DNA from: Minisyncoccota bacterium
GTDB taxonomy: Bacteria > Patescibacteriota > Minisyncoccia > Phycocordibacterales > UBA9973
DNA: 64,000 nt
Reading direction: 5' to 3'
Assembly (NCBI GenBank): GCA_041659785.1
Contig: JBAZXO010000004.1
Span: 13,270 to 77,269, forward strand
A model generated the notes under the pieces. It worked only from the letters and a program-made list of their open reading frames with translations. It was not told the DNA's origin and did not search any database. Below are positions 26,526 through 35,711 of the stretch, in pieces (the first letter of the stretch is position 1; each line of letters starts with the position of its first letter). A program made the translations under genes and the position numbers.

Positions 26526-27113
26526 TTAGTATCCTAAGGCTTTAACAATGTCTTTAAAAACATCTTCTCTGCTTTGTTCCCCATTTATTTTATAAATTTT
26601 ATAACCCTCTTTATCTTTAAAATAATCCATCGAAGGAATAACTTTATTTATATATTCATCAAATCTTTTTTCTATACCTTCTTTTGTATCATCTACCCTT
26701 CCCCTCAATAAATTGCGCTTCATAGCTTCTTCTTTACTGATTTCAATATAAATAATCTTAACTTCATCACGTTTAAAGAAATTTACCATGTCACTAAGAA
26801 CTTGTGACTGGGCTAGGGTTCTAGGATATCCATCAGTAATTAAATGTTTATCTGGTGTTAAAGAAGATGTCAGAATGTTTGTGACAATTGAATCCGTCAA
26901 AAAGTCTGGCTGAAGATGCCCGAGAGAGACAGATTCTTTTACTAAAGAACCAGTATAGCTTCCAGCTTCTATAAGCTTTCTGTATTCGTTACCTGGGTAA
27001 GCATAAACGCACTCTTTGCCATCCTTATCTTTAAGAAAGTCCCGCAGAAACTGTATTTGTGTACCCTTTCCAGAGCCCACTATTCCAAAAAATACAAAAG
27101 TTTCAGATTGCAT
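26526..27113 (-). CDS. adk: Adenylate kinase (short form)
   Basis: GIVGSGKGTQ P-loop, DGYPRT, RGRVDD. Confidence 0.75.
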   Translation of the reverse strand: MQSETFVFFGIVGSGKGTQIQFLRDFLKDKDGKECVYAYPGNEYRKLIEAGSYTGSLVKESVSLGHLQPDFLTDSIVTNILTSSLTPDKHLITDGYPRTLAQSQVLSDMVNFFKRDEVKIIYIEISKEEAMKRNLLRGRVDDTKEGIEKRFDEYINKVIPSMDYFKDKEGYKIYKINGEQSREDVFKDIVKALGY

Positions 27114-27145
27114 ATATACACAATATAGAATTTTAGACTAAAAAT

Positions 27146-27217
27146 CAACCTCACCCCTTCCCCTCTCCATAATTTAATTATGGAGAGGGGTGGCTGCTTT
27201 GACAGACGGGGTGAGGT
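27146..27217. repeat. Family B GC-rich compound palindrome, copy 2 (inverted relative to copy 1)
   Basis: CCTCACCCCttcCCCTCTCCATAATTTAATTATGGAGAGGGG...GGGGTGAGGTG. Confidence 0.8.
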
Positions 27218-27256
27218 GAATTTTTATGTAAAATATGTTCTAATAGGATCATAACA

Positions 27257-27823
27257 ATGAAAAAAGAAATCATCACAATAACAGGAACTCTAGGAAGCGG
27301 AAAATCAAGCACTTCTGACCTTGTGGCAAAAAGACTTGGCTTTAGTCGTTTTTCTTCTGGGGATTTTATGCGCAAAATTGCTCTAGATATGGGTATTTCG
27401 CTTAATGAACTAAGCATAAAAGCTCAAAATGACAACAGTATAGACGAGAAAATAGATGAAGAGGTAAAAAAAGCTGGACAATTAGAAAAAATTGTCATCG
27501 ATTCACGTTTAGCTTTCCATTGGATACCAGAATCTTTTAGAGTTTATCTAGATCTACCTCCCGAGATAGCTCAGCAAAGGATTCTAAATAATTTAAAAGA
27601 CAACAAGCTCCGCAGGCAAAGCGAAGACTCCCTAACAACAGAAGAAATTTATAAGAAAATAATTTTCCGTAGAGAAAGTGAACGAATGAGGTATCAAAAA
27701 TTATACGGCATAGACCATACAGATAAAAAGAATTTTATTCTAGTAATAGACACAAACAAAAACAACCTGGAGCAGGTTGTTGATATAATCGTCTCAGAAT
27801 ATAAAAAGTGGATAGCTAGCTAG
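27257..27823 (+). CDS. cmk: Cytidylate kinase-like NMP kinase
   Basis: ITITGTLGSGKSST P-loop; 188 aa. Confidence 0.6.
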   Translation: MKKEIITITGTLGSGKSSTSDLVAKRLGFSRFSSGDFMRKIALDMGISLNELSIKAQNDNSIDEKIDEEVKKAGQLEKIVIDSRLAFHWIPESFRVYLDLPPEIAQQRILNNLKDNKLRRQSEDSLTTEEIYKKIIFRRESERMRYQKLYGIDHTDKKNFILVIDTNKNNLEQVVDIIVSEYKKWIAS

Positions 27824-29091
27824 TACTCTCTCATTGAGACTTGTGCATCTACTTTCTTTATCAAATCAAGCACTACAGACACCACGATGAGTACTGATGT
27901 ACCACCAAGAGCAAGAGATGTATCTCCTGTTATAAATTGCATGATGAGAGGCAATACTGCAACGAAACCAAGAAATACTGCTCCAAGTAAAGTAATGCGG
28001 CTTAATACTTTTGAAATATATTCAGAGGTAGATAGTCCTGGACGAATTCCTGGAATAAATGCACCATTTTTCTGTAAGTTTGTAGATAATGCTTCAGGAT
28101 CAAAGGTGACAGCTGTATAAAAGTAAGTAAATAGAAATACTAAAATAAAATATAATATTGCGTATAAAACTGAAGTCTGTGTGAAGGAAACAAGCACATG
28201 AGAAATCTTGGAAATAACTACATTGGAATATCTAGATAAAAAAGTTCCAATCATTTGAGGGAAAAGTAAAATTGAAAGGGCAAAAATTATTGGAATAACT
28301 CCAGCCTGGTTTACACGAAGAGGTAAATAAGTAGAACCTCCACCGTACATCTTCATGCCTCGAACACGTTTAGCGTAAGTGACCGGAATAGGTCTTTCTG
28401 CTTCAGTAACGATAACAATACCTGCCAAAATAATAAGACCAACAACAAAGAACACAAGATACAAAGGTATTTGTGATACATCGAAAGTAAAAATATGCTG
28501 ACTAACCCAAGATGGAAGTCTAGAAACAATACCCGCAAAGATTATGAGTGATACTCCGTTTCCAATACCAAACTCAGTGACAAGCTCACCGATCCACATA
28601 AGTAGAACAGAGCCAGCAATAACGATGAGTAAATTTGTAACACGGTCGAAAGCAGTCAAATTAACTAAAATATTTTGTTTCTCGAGAATATACAAAAGAC
28701 TGAACCCTTGGATAGCTGCAAGCGGTACAGTAAGCAATCTAGAATATTGAGCAAATCTTTTTCTGCCTGCTTCACCTTCATCATGATAAATTCTTTTTAA
28801 TGAAGGAACCATGATAGTGAGGAGCTGCATAATGATCGAACCTGTGATGTATGGACCTACTCCGAGCATGATAACAGATAAGTTGGAAAGTCCGCCACCA
28901 GAGAAAATATTTAAAATACCGAAGAATTGGTTGTTGGAAAGAAATCTAGAAAGTTCTAAGGTATCTATTCCTGGAATAGGAATAGCAGAAAGTAATCTGA
29001 ACACGATCAACGCAAAAAAAACAAAGATTACTCTTTTGCGTAAAGTTGTATCTGTCCAAATTAACTTTATTTTATTCCAGAAATTTTGCAT
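27820..29091 (-). CDS. secY: Preprotein translocase subunit SecY
   Basis: 10-TM protein of 423 aa with the SAIPIPGID start, in the spc operon position. Confidence 0.9.
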   Translation of the reverse strand: MQNFWNKIKLIWTDTTLRKRVIFVFFALIVFRLLSAIPIPGIDTLELSRFLSNNQFFGILNIFSGGGLSNLSVIMLGVGPYITGSIIMQLLTIMVPSLKRIYHDEGEAGRKRFAQYSRLLTVPLAAIQGFSLLYILEKQNILVNLTAFDRVTNLLIVIAGSVLLMWIGELVTEFGIGNGVSLIIFAGIVSRLPSWVSQHIFTFDVSQIPLYLVFFVVGLIILAGIVIVTEAERPIPVTYAKRVRGMKMYGGGSTYLPLRVNQAGVIPIIFALSILLFPQMIGTFLSRYSNVVISKISHVLVSFTQTSVLYAILYFILVFLFTYFYTAVTFDPEALSTNLQKNGAFIPGIRPGLSTSEYISKVLSRITLLGAVFLGFVAVLPLIMQFITGDTSLALGGTSVLIVVSVVLDLIKKVDAQVSMREY

Positions 29092-29092
29092 T

Positions 29093-29419
29093 TTATTTAA
29101 TCCTTATCTTTTTACCTTTGATCCCTAAGCGCTTTCTGATATCAGAGAATTTTTCTTGTTCTGTACCTTTTTTAATATCTCTTATGGAGACGAGCTTATC
29201 TTTTCCTAAAATTAAAACTTTTTGAATAGACTTAAATTGATAACCACGATTTTTAGGTAACTTCTTAATGATATCACGAAGTTCTGGACGGCGTTTGTTT
29301 CCGGCACGAGCTGTCTGACCCTTACCTCCACGGCCAGACGTCTTCGCATGCTTACCTCCTCGGCCTACGAGTCTGTCTTTTTTATTCTTATGGGTTCTTT
29401 TTAAATTATGTATTTGCAT
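29093..29419 (-). CDS. rplO: 50S ribosomal protein L15 (short)
   Basis: GRGGK..GRGGKGQ..R glycine-rich L15 motif, located between rpsE and secY. Confidence 0.7.
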   Translation of the reverse strand: MQIHNLKRTHKNKKDRLVGRGGKHAKTSGRGGKGQTARAGNKRRPELRDIIKKLPKNRGYQFKSIQKVLILGKDKLVSIRDIKKGTEQEKFSDIRKRLGIKGKKIRIK

Positions 29420-29496
29420 TTGTTTAGTTCTTAAAGTTTATAATGTTATAAAGTTTGTAAAGTATTTCCTTTATAACTTTATGAACTTGATTACTT
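29420..29496. repeat. Family D 85-nt AT-rich repeat, copy 2, filling the rpsE-rplO spacer
   Basis: Near-identical to 18282-18370. Confidence 0.8.
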
Positions 29497-30084
29497 TTAA
29501 CTTGTTTTGCCTTCTTCTGGCAAAACGACTTCTTTATTTGCAATGACTACAGTCTCAGGAACTATTTTTGTATATTTTGAAGAAATTTGAGAAAGTGCTG
29601 ACATCACTGCTTTCGCATTATTTAATTTATTTTTACTATTAGATAAAATTTTTCCAGTGACATCTTTGATTCCAGAAAGTTTTATAATGTCACGAACAAC
29701 TGAGCCAGCTACGAGACCGCGGCCTTTGTTGGGCTTTAGCATGATGTATGAACTTGAGAATTTTGCAGAAAGGTCATGAGGAATAGACATGGTCTTAGTG
29801 AGGTTTAGTCTGATCATGTTTTTCTTGGCATTTCGGAGAGCTTTATTGATTGCAAGAGCTGTGTCTCCAGCTTTTCCTAAACCTAAACCGACAGATCCTT
29901 TCTTATCCCCTGCTACCAATGCAACACTGAAAGAAAATCTGCGTCCACCGGCTACCACACGAGTAACACGTCGAATATTTAAGATCTTTTGATCAAACTC
30001 AGGCTTGACTCTGTTGAAAGAACTGGATCTACGACCCGTATTCTTCTTTTCTCTTATATTTTCTTTTGCTTTATCTTTATCCAT
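29497..30084 (-). CDS. rpsE: 30S ribosomal protein S5
   Basis: S5 dsRBD and C-terminal domain motifs. Confidence 0.85.
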   Translation of the reverse strand: MDKDKAKENIREKKNTGRRSSSFNRVKPEFDQKILNIRRVTRVVAGGRRFSFSVALVAGDKKGSVGLGLGKAGDTALAINKALRNAKKNMIRLNLTKTMSIPHDLSAKFSSSYIMLKPNKGRGLVAGSVVRDIIKLSGIKDVTGKILSNSKNKLNNAKAVMSALSQISSKYTKIVPETVVIANKEVVLPEEGKTS

Positions 30085-30102
30085 ACAAATAATTAATAAG
30101 TT

Positions 30103-30444
30103 TTAAAATTCTAATCCTCCGGCTCGGGCTTCATCAGCTACTAATTTTATTCGTCCGGTATATTTAAATCCATTACGATCGAAAACAACTTTTTTAATTT
30201 TTATTTTTAAACAAGCTACTCCAATAGCCTTACCTACTTCCTTGGCTCTTTCACTCTTTGTGCCTTTTTTTATTTTAACATCACTTGCCTGTGCGAGTGT
30301 TTTACCAGTTAAGTCATTGATGACTTGCGCATAGATAAATTTATTTGATCGAAATACAGTAAGACGTGGGCGCTCTGAAGTACCTTGGATTTTTACCCTT
30401 ATCTTCTTCTTTAGTCTTATTCTTTTATCAGTTTTATTAATCAT
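30103..30444 (-). CDS. rplR: 50S ribosomal protein L18
   Basis: [16 protein letters not shown]. Confidence 0.85.
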   Translation of the reverse strand: MINKTDKRIRLKKKIRVKIQGTSERPRLTVFRSNKFIYAQVINDLTGKTLAQASDVKIKKGTKSERAKEVGKAIGVACLKIKIKKVVFDRNGFKYTGRIKLVADEARAGGLEF

Positions 30445-30449
30445 ATGTT

Positions 30450-30998
30450 TTATACAGTCTTTTTACCTTGTTTTCGTCTTATAACTTCACCTTCATAACG
30501 CATACCTTTACCTTTATAAGGTTCTGGCTTCTTCAATGCACGTACAGCTGCAGTAAAACTTCCAACAAGTTCTTTATCTATACCAGTAATCGTAATATTA
30601 TTTTTCTCAGCTGTGGCAGTAATGCCTTCTGGAATAGGGACAATAACAGGATGAGAAAATCCTAAAGCAAAATGAAGCTCTTTGCCTTTTACTTCAGATT
30701 TAAATCCAACTCCTTCTAAAATTAATTTCTTTTGGTAAGGGGTAACTACTCCAGCAATCATATTTTTTATGTGTGAAGCATATGTACCCCAAAGAGATTT
30801 AGAAAATTTGTCGTTTCTCTTTATGTTTAAAGTAATGATCTTGTCAGTAATAGTAATGGCAATATCGTCTCTGAAAATTTTATTGAGTGTTCCCTTGGGA
30901 CCAGTAACAGTAAAAGTGTTGCCAACGTTTGTGACTTTCACTCCTTCCGGTATTAATATTTCTTGTTTTCCTATTCTACTCATATATTTTTTTACCAA
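30450..30998 (-). CDS. rplF: 50S ribosomal protein L6
   Basis: [17 protein letters not shown]. Confidence 0.85.
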   Translation of the reverse strand: MVKKYMSRIGKQEILIPEGVKVTNVGNTFTVTGPKGTLNKIFRDDIAITITDKIITLNIKRNDKFSKSLWGTYASHIKNMIAGVVTPYQKKLILEGVGFKSEVKGKELHFALGFSHPVIVPIPEGITATAEKNNITITGIDKELVGSFTAAVRALKKPEPYKGKGMRYEGEVIRRKQGKKTV

Positions 30999-31402
30999 AC
31001 TCTAAACAAAGCTTCTCCACCGACTTGCTCATGCCTTGCTTCTTTACCTGATAAGATTCCTTTTGGTGTTGAAAGTACAAGTAAACCAGAACCGTTTCGA
31101 ACTGAATGGATATCTTTCATACCGAAATAAACACGTCGTGATTGTTTGGAAATTCTTTCAACTTCTGCAATCTTTGGCTTTTTGTCTACATAAATAAGTC
31201 CAACTTCCAACATGGGTTGGCCTTTTTTTACTTTTTTAGAAATCTCAGAGATGTATCCTGCCTTTTTTAAACATTCACCAATAGCATTCTTCATCTTGGA
31301 ATATGGAACAAGAACAGACTCCTTGCCTGCAAGTGAACCGTTCTTCATTATTATTATCATGTTTGAAATTGAATCCATAATTTTATTTAAATTTTTTACC
31401 AA
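30992..31402 (-). CDS. rpsH: 30S ribosomal protein S8
   Basis: [10 protein letters not shown]. Confidence 0.85.
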   Translation of the reverse strand: MVKNLNKIMDSISNMIIIMKNGSLAGKESVLVPYSKMKNAIGECLKKAGYISEISKKVKKGQPMLEVGLIYVDKKPKIAEVERISKQSRRVYFGMKDIHSVRNGSGLLVLSTPKGILSGKEARHEQVGGEALFRVW

Positions 31403-31581
31403 GAAGACTTCCTAACTCCTGGAAGCATACCTTCATTTGCTAATTCTCTAAAACAAATACGGCAAATACCGAAATCTCTCATGAAAGCATTTCCACGGCC
31501 ACAACGAAAACATCGATTTTTTGCTCGAGTGGAAAATTTTGGTGTTTTTTTGCTTCTTGCTATTACTGATGTTTTTGCCAT
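31396..31581 (-). CDS. rpsN: 30S ribosomal protein S14 (Zn-ribbon type Z)
   Basis: 61 aa with a CFRCGR...CRIC motif. Confidence 0.85.
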   Translation of the reverse strand: MAKTSVIARSKKTPKFSTRAKNRCFRCGRGNAFMRDFGICRICFRELANEGMLPGVRKSSW

Positions 31582-31748
31582 AAATAATTAATAGGGAGCT
31601 TGCCTCGCCTAAAGGCGGGGTGAACTTCGTTAATATCTCACTTTTTTTCTTTAAACCTCTAAGGTAGAGAGTTAAAGGAGAAAAGTGGATTAATCAAAGC
31701 TATATTCCCTTGTTTTTATACTATCAAATTTAACATAATTAGTCAATC

Positions 31749-32315
31749 TTACTTTTTCTTACTATCTTCCTCTTTTTTAAAAGGAATACCTAAAATTTCA
31801 AAAAATGCTGTACCTTCTTTTTTATTGTGAGCAGTTGAAACCATGGTGATAGACATACCGAAAACATCGCGGATATCTTCATCAGCTGTCTCTGGGAAAA
31901 TTGTGTGTTCTTTAATACCGATAGTTAAGTTACCGATGTCATCTACAGCTTTGCGATTGATACCACGGAAGTCTTTCGTACGAGGAAGAGCTACATTGAT
32001 AAGCTTTTCCAAGAAAGCGTACATTCTCTTACCACGCAATGTAACGACAACTCCGACAGGGTCACCCTGACGAATTTTGAAAGTTGAGATTGATTGTTTT
32101 GCTCCACGAAGAGCAGTCTTCTGGCCAGTAATTTTTGCCAAACGATCACCAATAGCTTCATTTTTATTCTTGTCTTTCTTTACCATAGTTCCAGTACCGA
32201 CGTTGATAACAACTTTCGTCATCTTTGGTGCTGCCATGATATTTTTAAAATGAAAAACAGTTTTCATTTTTGCAAAGGCTTCTATTTCTTTTTCTTTTAC
32301 AGTTAAATGTTTCAT
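31749..32315 (-). CDS. rplE: 50S ribosomal protein L5
   Basis: 188 aa, L5 family. Confidence 0.85.
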   Translation of the reverse strand: MKHLTVKEKEIEAFAKMKTVFHFKNIMAAPKMTKVVINVGTGTMVKKDKNKNEAIGDRLAKITGQKTALRGAKQSISTFKIRQGDPVGVVVTLRGKRMYAFLEKLINVALPRTKDFRGINRKAVDDIGNLTIGIKEHTIFPETADEDIRDVFGMSITMVSTAHNKKEGTAFFEILGIPFKKEEDSKKK

Positions 32316-32330
32316 ATCTTATATTTATTA

Positions 32331-32636
32331 CTAAACTTCTTGATCGCTTTTCTTGGTAATTCTGACCATTTTTTCACCAATTTTCTTTTTTCCGAGGCGT
32401 GTTGCCTTTCCAGTCTTTGGATCAATCATCATAACGTTAGAAGCACTCATCGCCATCTCGATGTCTTTCATGGTTCCCTTCTCTCCAGACTTTCTAGGGC
32501 GCTGATGTTTCTTCATCATATTTAAACCATCTACAATAACTTTATTTTTCTTAACTAAAACATGGATAATCTTTCCGGATTTTCCTTTATCTTTACCTGC
32601 GATTATTATTACGTTGTCTCCCTTTTTTAATTTCAT
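32331..32636 (-). CDS. rplX: 50S ribosomal protein L24
   Basis: KKGDNVIIIAGKDKGK KOW motif. Confidence 0.85.
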   Translation of the reverse strand: MKLKKGDNVIIIAGKDKGKSGKIIHVLVKKNKVIVDGLNMMKKHQRPRKSGEKGTMKDIEMAMSASNVMMIDPKTGKATRLGKKKIGEKMVRITKKSDQEV

Positions 32637-32653
32637 ATACTTATTATTTACAG

Positions 32654-32720
32654 TGTTTTGTTTTTTGTAATTTTTGAAGACCGTAGTAGGGCTAAAAAAT
32701 TATAAAAAACAAAACACTAC
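32654..32720. repeat. Family C hairpin, copy 1 (rplN-rplX spacer)
   Basis: AGTGTTTTGTTTTTTGTAATTTTT-GAAGACCGTAGTAGGGCT-AAAAAATTATAAAAAACAAAACACT. Confidence 0.75.
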
Positions 32721-32726
32721 TATCTA

Positions 32727-33098
32727 CTAAATGACTTCTTGGGCTAAAGAAATTATCTTTTGGAATCCTTTTTCTGCTAATTCTCTTGGGATTGGTCCGA
32801 AAATACGTCCAGCTTTGGGATCTTTTTTACCTTTTTCTAAAATAACCACAGCATTATCATCAAAACGAATGTATGAACCATCCTTTCGTCTAAATGCACC
32901 TCTTGTGCGAACAACGACAGCCTGATGAACATCTTTCTTTTTTACGGCTTTTCTGGGACTAGCAACCTTGACTGAGATGATAACTAGCTCACCTAAGGTG
33001 GCATATCTCTTTTTTGAAGAGCCTAAAATTTTGAACACCTTTCCTACGGTGCCTCCGGCGTTATCTGTTATTTTTACTAAAGTTTCATTTTGAATCAT
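32727..33098 (-). CDS. rplN: 50S ribosomal protein L14
   Basis: MIQNETLVKITDNAGG. Confidence 0.9.
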   Translation of the reverse strand: MIQNETLVKITDNAGGTVGKVFKILGSSKKRYATLGELVIISVKVASPRKAVKKKDVHQAVVVRTRGAFRRKDGSYIRFDDNAVVILEKGKKDPKAGRIFGPIPRELAEKGFQKIISLAQEVI

Positions 33099-33113
33099 AA
33101 AATTGAATTAAAA

Positions 33114-33374
33114 TTATTGCACTACCTTAAATTTCTTGTCTTTTGAGATAGGTCTGGTTTCGACGATTTCTACATTATCCCCTGTTTTGAATTTATTCTC
33201 TTCATCGTGTGCCTTATATTTCTTGCTGACTTTGTAAAACTTTCCATAAAGTGGATGTTTGATGAATCTGGAAACAGAAACAACGACGGTCTTATCCATC
33301 TTGTCTCCTACAACAACTCCCTTTAGGAATTTACCTTTATTATCTGATATTTCTTTTTTTTCTTTATTTGCCAT
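33114..33374 (-). CDS. rpsQ: 30S ribosomal protein S17
   Basis: [14 protein letters not shown]. Confidence 0.85.
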   Translation of the reverse strand: MANKEKKEISDNKGKFLKGVVVGDKMDKTVVVSVSRFIKHPLYGKFYKVSKKYKAHDEENKFKTGDNVEIVETRPISKDKKFKVVQ

Positions 33375-33386
33375 ATATTCTTTTTA

Positions 33387-33590
33387 TTACTTCTTTTTAT
33401 TTATCTCGGTCAATATTTTAGCTATTTGTTTCTTTAAAGTTGCTTGTTCTTTTACGTTCTTTGACTTTGAACCTTCAGCTTTAAATCTTATAACTCTGAC
33501 TTCTTCTCTCAAGAGAGCAAGCTTCTTTACAAGCTCCGACCCTTTTAACTCTTTTAAATTTTCTCTTAAGTTTTTACTTGTCTTTGCCAT
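33387..33590 (-). CDS. rpmC: 50S ribosomal protein L29
   Basis: 67 aa, L29-like. Confidence 0.8.
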   Translation of the reverse strand: MAKTSKNLRENLKELKGSELVKKLALLREEVRVIRFKAEGSKSKNVKEQATLKKQIAKILTEINKKK

Positions 33591-33593
33591 ATA

Positions 33594-34022
33594 TTATTGT
33601 TTGTGGGCTCTAGAAATGATTCTAGTCTTAAGTGGTAATTTAGAGCCAGCTTTTCTTAAAGCTTCATGCGCTATCTTTTCATCGACACCATCAACTTCGA
33701 AAATAATACGTCCAGGTAAAACATCAAAACAGTATCCCTGTGGATCTCCTTTACCTTTTCCCATGCCCACTTCAGCAGCCTTAGAAGTAAAAGGTCTGTC
33801 AGGGAAAATACGAATCCAGTATTTACCAGTCTTGGTTAAAGTACGAGAAATGACTTTTCGGGCAGATTCAATTTGTGTTGATTTTACACGTGCTTGAGTC
33901 TCAGACTTTAATCCGAAAGAACCGAAAGCAAGCTTGATGCCACGTGTATCTGCAGTTCGCGTTTTAGGATTTGAACGCTGAGTTTGCCATTTTCTAAATT
34001 TTACTTTTTTCGGTAATAACAT
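33594..34022 (-). CDS. rplP: 50S ribosomal protein L16
   Basis: MLLPKKVKFRK. Confidence 0.9.
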   Translation of the reverse strand: MLLPKKVKFRKWQTQRSNPKTRTADTRGIKLAFGSFGLKSETQARVKSTQIESARKVISRTLTKTGKYWIRIFPDRPFTSKAAEVGMGKGKGDPQGYCFDVLPGRIIFEVDGVDEKIAHEALRKAGSKLPLKTRIISRAHKQ

Positions 34023-34051
34023 AATATTTTATGGTTAATTTCTACTGAATA

Positions 34052-34777
34052 TTAATCAGTTTTTAAATTATTCTCTTTATCATCTTCTTTGGTATTTACA
34101 AAAGCGTTACGGGCATTTTTCTTATCAGCAAAAATCTTACCACGATAAATCCAAACTTTAATACCGACAACACCATATGAAAGGGTTGCTCGTTCACGTT
34201 TGAAATCTATGTCCGCACGGAAAGTCTGAAGCGGAATACTCCCACGCTTAAGCTCTTCCGTTCGAGCAATTTCAGCTCCACCAAGGCGGCCAGAGAGAAC
34301 GACTCTCGCACCTTCTACTCCATGAGCTTGCATAACTTTTTCGATAATTTGTTTTATTACTCGGCGATAAGGCATTCTCTTTTCGAGTCCTTCGGCGATC
34401 ATATAAGCAACGATTGCAGCGTCAGCTTCTGGATTTGTAACTTCCATAATTTCAAGCTTAAAATCTTCTGGTCGAGGAAGCTTGAGGTTATCCATCTTCT
34501 TTAATATGTCTTCTTTGAGCTTTGTTGCACCTTCTCCACTTCTACCAATGATGAGACCTGGGCGAGAAGTTTTAATGATAAAACGAGTAGCTTTTCGGCT
34601 TCTCTCTATTTCAATACTAGAAATGTACATACCACGTAATTTCTTTTCCAAATATTGGCGTATCAAAACATCACCCTTTAAATAAGCGACATACTTCTTA
34701 GGATCAGCAAACCAACGGGACTTCCAGTCTCGGAGGATGATCAATCTATGTGCATATGGGTGAACTATTTTACTCAT
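34052..34777 (-). CDS. rpsC: 30S ribosomal protein S3
   Basis: KH and S3-C domains; 241 aa. Confidence 0.9.
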   Translation of the reverse strand: MSKIVHPYAHRLIILRDWKSRWFADPKKYVAYLKGDVLIRQYLEKKLRGMYISSIEIERSRKATRFIIKTSRPGLIIGRSGEGATKLKEDILKKMDNLKLPRPEDFKLEIMEVTNPEADAAIVAYMIAEGLEKRMPYRRVIKQIIEKVMQAHGVEGARVVLSGRLGGAEIARTEELKRGSIPLQTFRADIDFKRERATLSYGVVGIKVWIYRGKIFADKKNARNAFVNTKEDDKENNLKTD

Positions 34778-34793
34778 GATATTTTGTTTAAAA

Positions 34794-35189
34794 TTATTTA
34801 ACTTTTTTAACCTTAGGGGTAATTTTCTTTGCTGTCTTTTCTACTTTTGATTTTTTAAGTGGAATAACTTTTTCTGCTAAAAGAATAAAAAGATGGCTGG
34901 TGCGTTTGTTTATTCTATGCCCAGTACCCATCGCAGCAGGCATCATTCTCTTCATGGTAATACCCTTATCTACTCGTAATTCCTTTATATATAAATTATC
35001 TACCTCTACACCCATTTGTTTCGCATTTGAAACAGCAGAAAGTAAAAGTTTCTTGACTGGAAGTCCTGCACGTTTAGCTAAAAAATCAAGCTCAGCAATT
35101 GCTTCTGATACTTTCTTACCTCGGATAAGCCCTGCAACTAAGCGAACTTTTCTTGGTGACTGCCTGTAATTTTTTAAAAATGCTTTCAT
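34794..35189 (-). CDS. rplV: 50S ribosomal protein L22
   Basis: L22 family; 131 aa. Confidence 0.85.
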   Translation of the reverse strand: MKAFLKNYRQSPRKVRLVAGLIRGKKVSEAIAELDFLAKRAGLPVKKLLLSAVSNAKQMGVEVDNLYIKELRVDKGITMKRMMPAAMGTGHRINKRTSHLFILLAEKVIPLKKSKVEKTAKKITPKVKKVK

Positions 35190-35208
35190 AATAGTTTATT
35201 ATTTAGGA

Positions 35209-35571
35209 TTATTTCTTTTTGGCATCATCAGCAGCAGCTGTAGCGGACTTAGCTTGAGCTATTTCAGACTCTTTCTTCTTTTGTTCGAGCTCTTTCTGCA
35301 TCTTTCCTCCGTGTTTCATGAATTTCTTAGTTGGGGAAAATTCTCCTAATCTGTGCCCAACCATGTCTTCGGTAACGAGGACCTCTACGTGTGTCTTGCC
35401 GTTATAGACGCCAAAAGTAAAACCGAGCATTTCGGGAGATATCATACAAGCTCTCTTCCAGGTCTTCACCATAGGTGTCTGGAGCGGGTTTTTACCGGCA
35501 ATCTTTGATAAGAGCCTTTCGTCGATATTTAGTCCTTTTTTAATTGATCTTGTCATAAATTTAGCAAACAA
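35209..35571 (-). CDS. rpsS: 30S ribosomal protein S19 with a charged C-terminal extension
   Basis: S19 core plus an ~30-aa Lys/Glu/Ala-rich tail. Confidence 0.85.
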   Translation of the reverse strand: MFAKFMTRSIKKGLNIDERLLSKIAGKNPLQTPMVKTWKRACMISPEMLGFTFGVYNGKTHVEVLVTEDMVGHRLGEFSPTKKFMKHGGKMQKELEQKKKESEIAQAKSATAAADDAKKK

Positions 35572-35686
35572 AAAGCTCCTAACGAGCTTGGTTTCATAAT
35601 AGCAAATTTAATCTTAATGTCAACTAGATTCTAAAAGACCATTATAATAAAAAGCTCAAATTAAAAAATGTCAATTTTTGAAAAAC

Positions 35687-35710
35687 AAAATCCCCTTTCG
35701 GGGATTTTTT
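35687..35710. terminator. Intrinsic terminator inside the S10 cluster (after rplB, before rpsS)
   Basis: AAAATCCCC-tttc-GGGGATTTTTT. A TTGACA-16-TATTAT promoter follows on the minus strand. Confidence 0.55.
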
Positions 35711-35711
35711 A

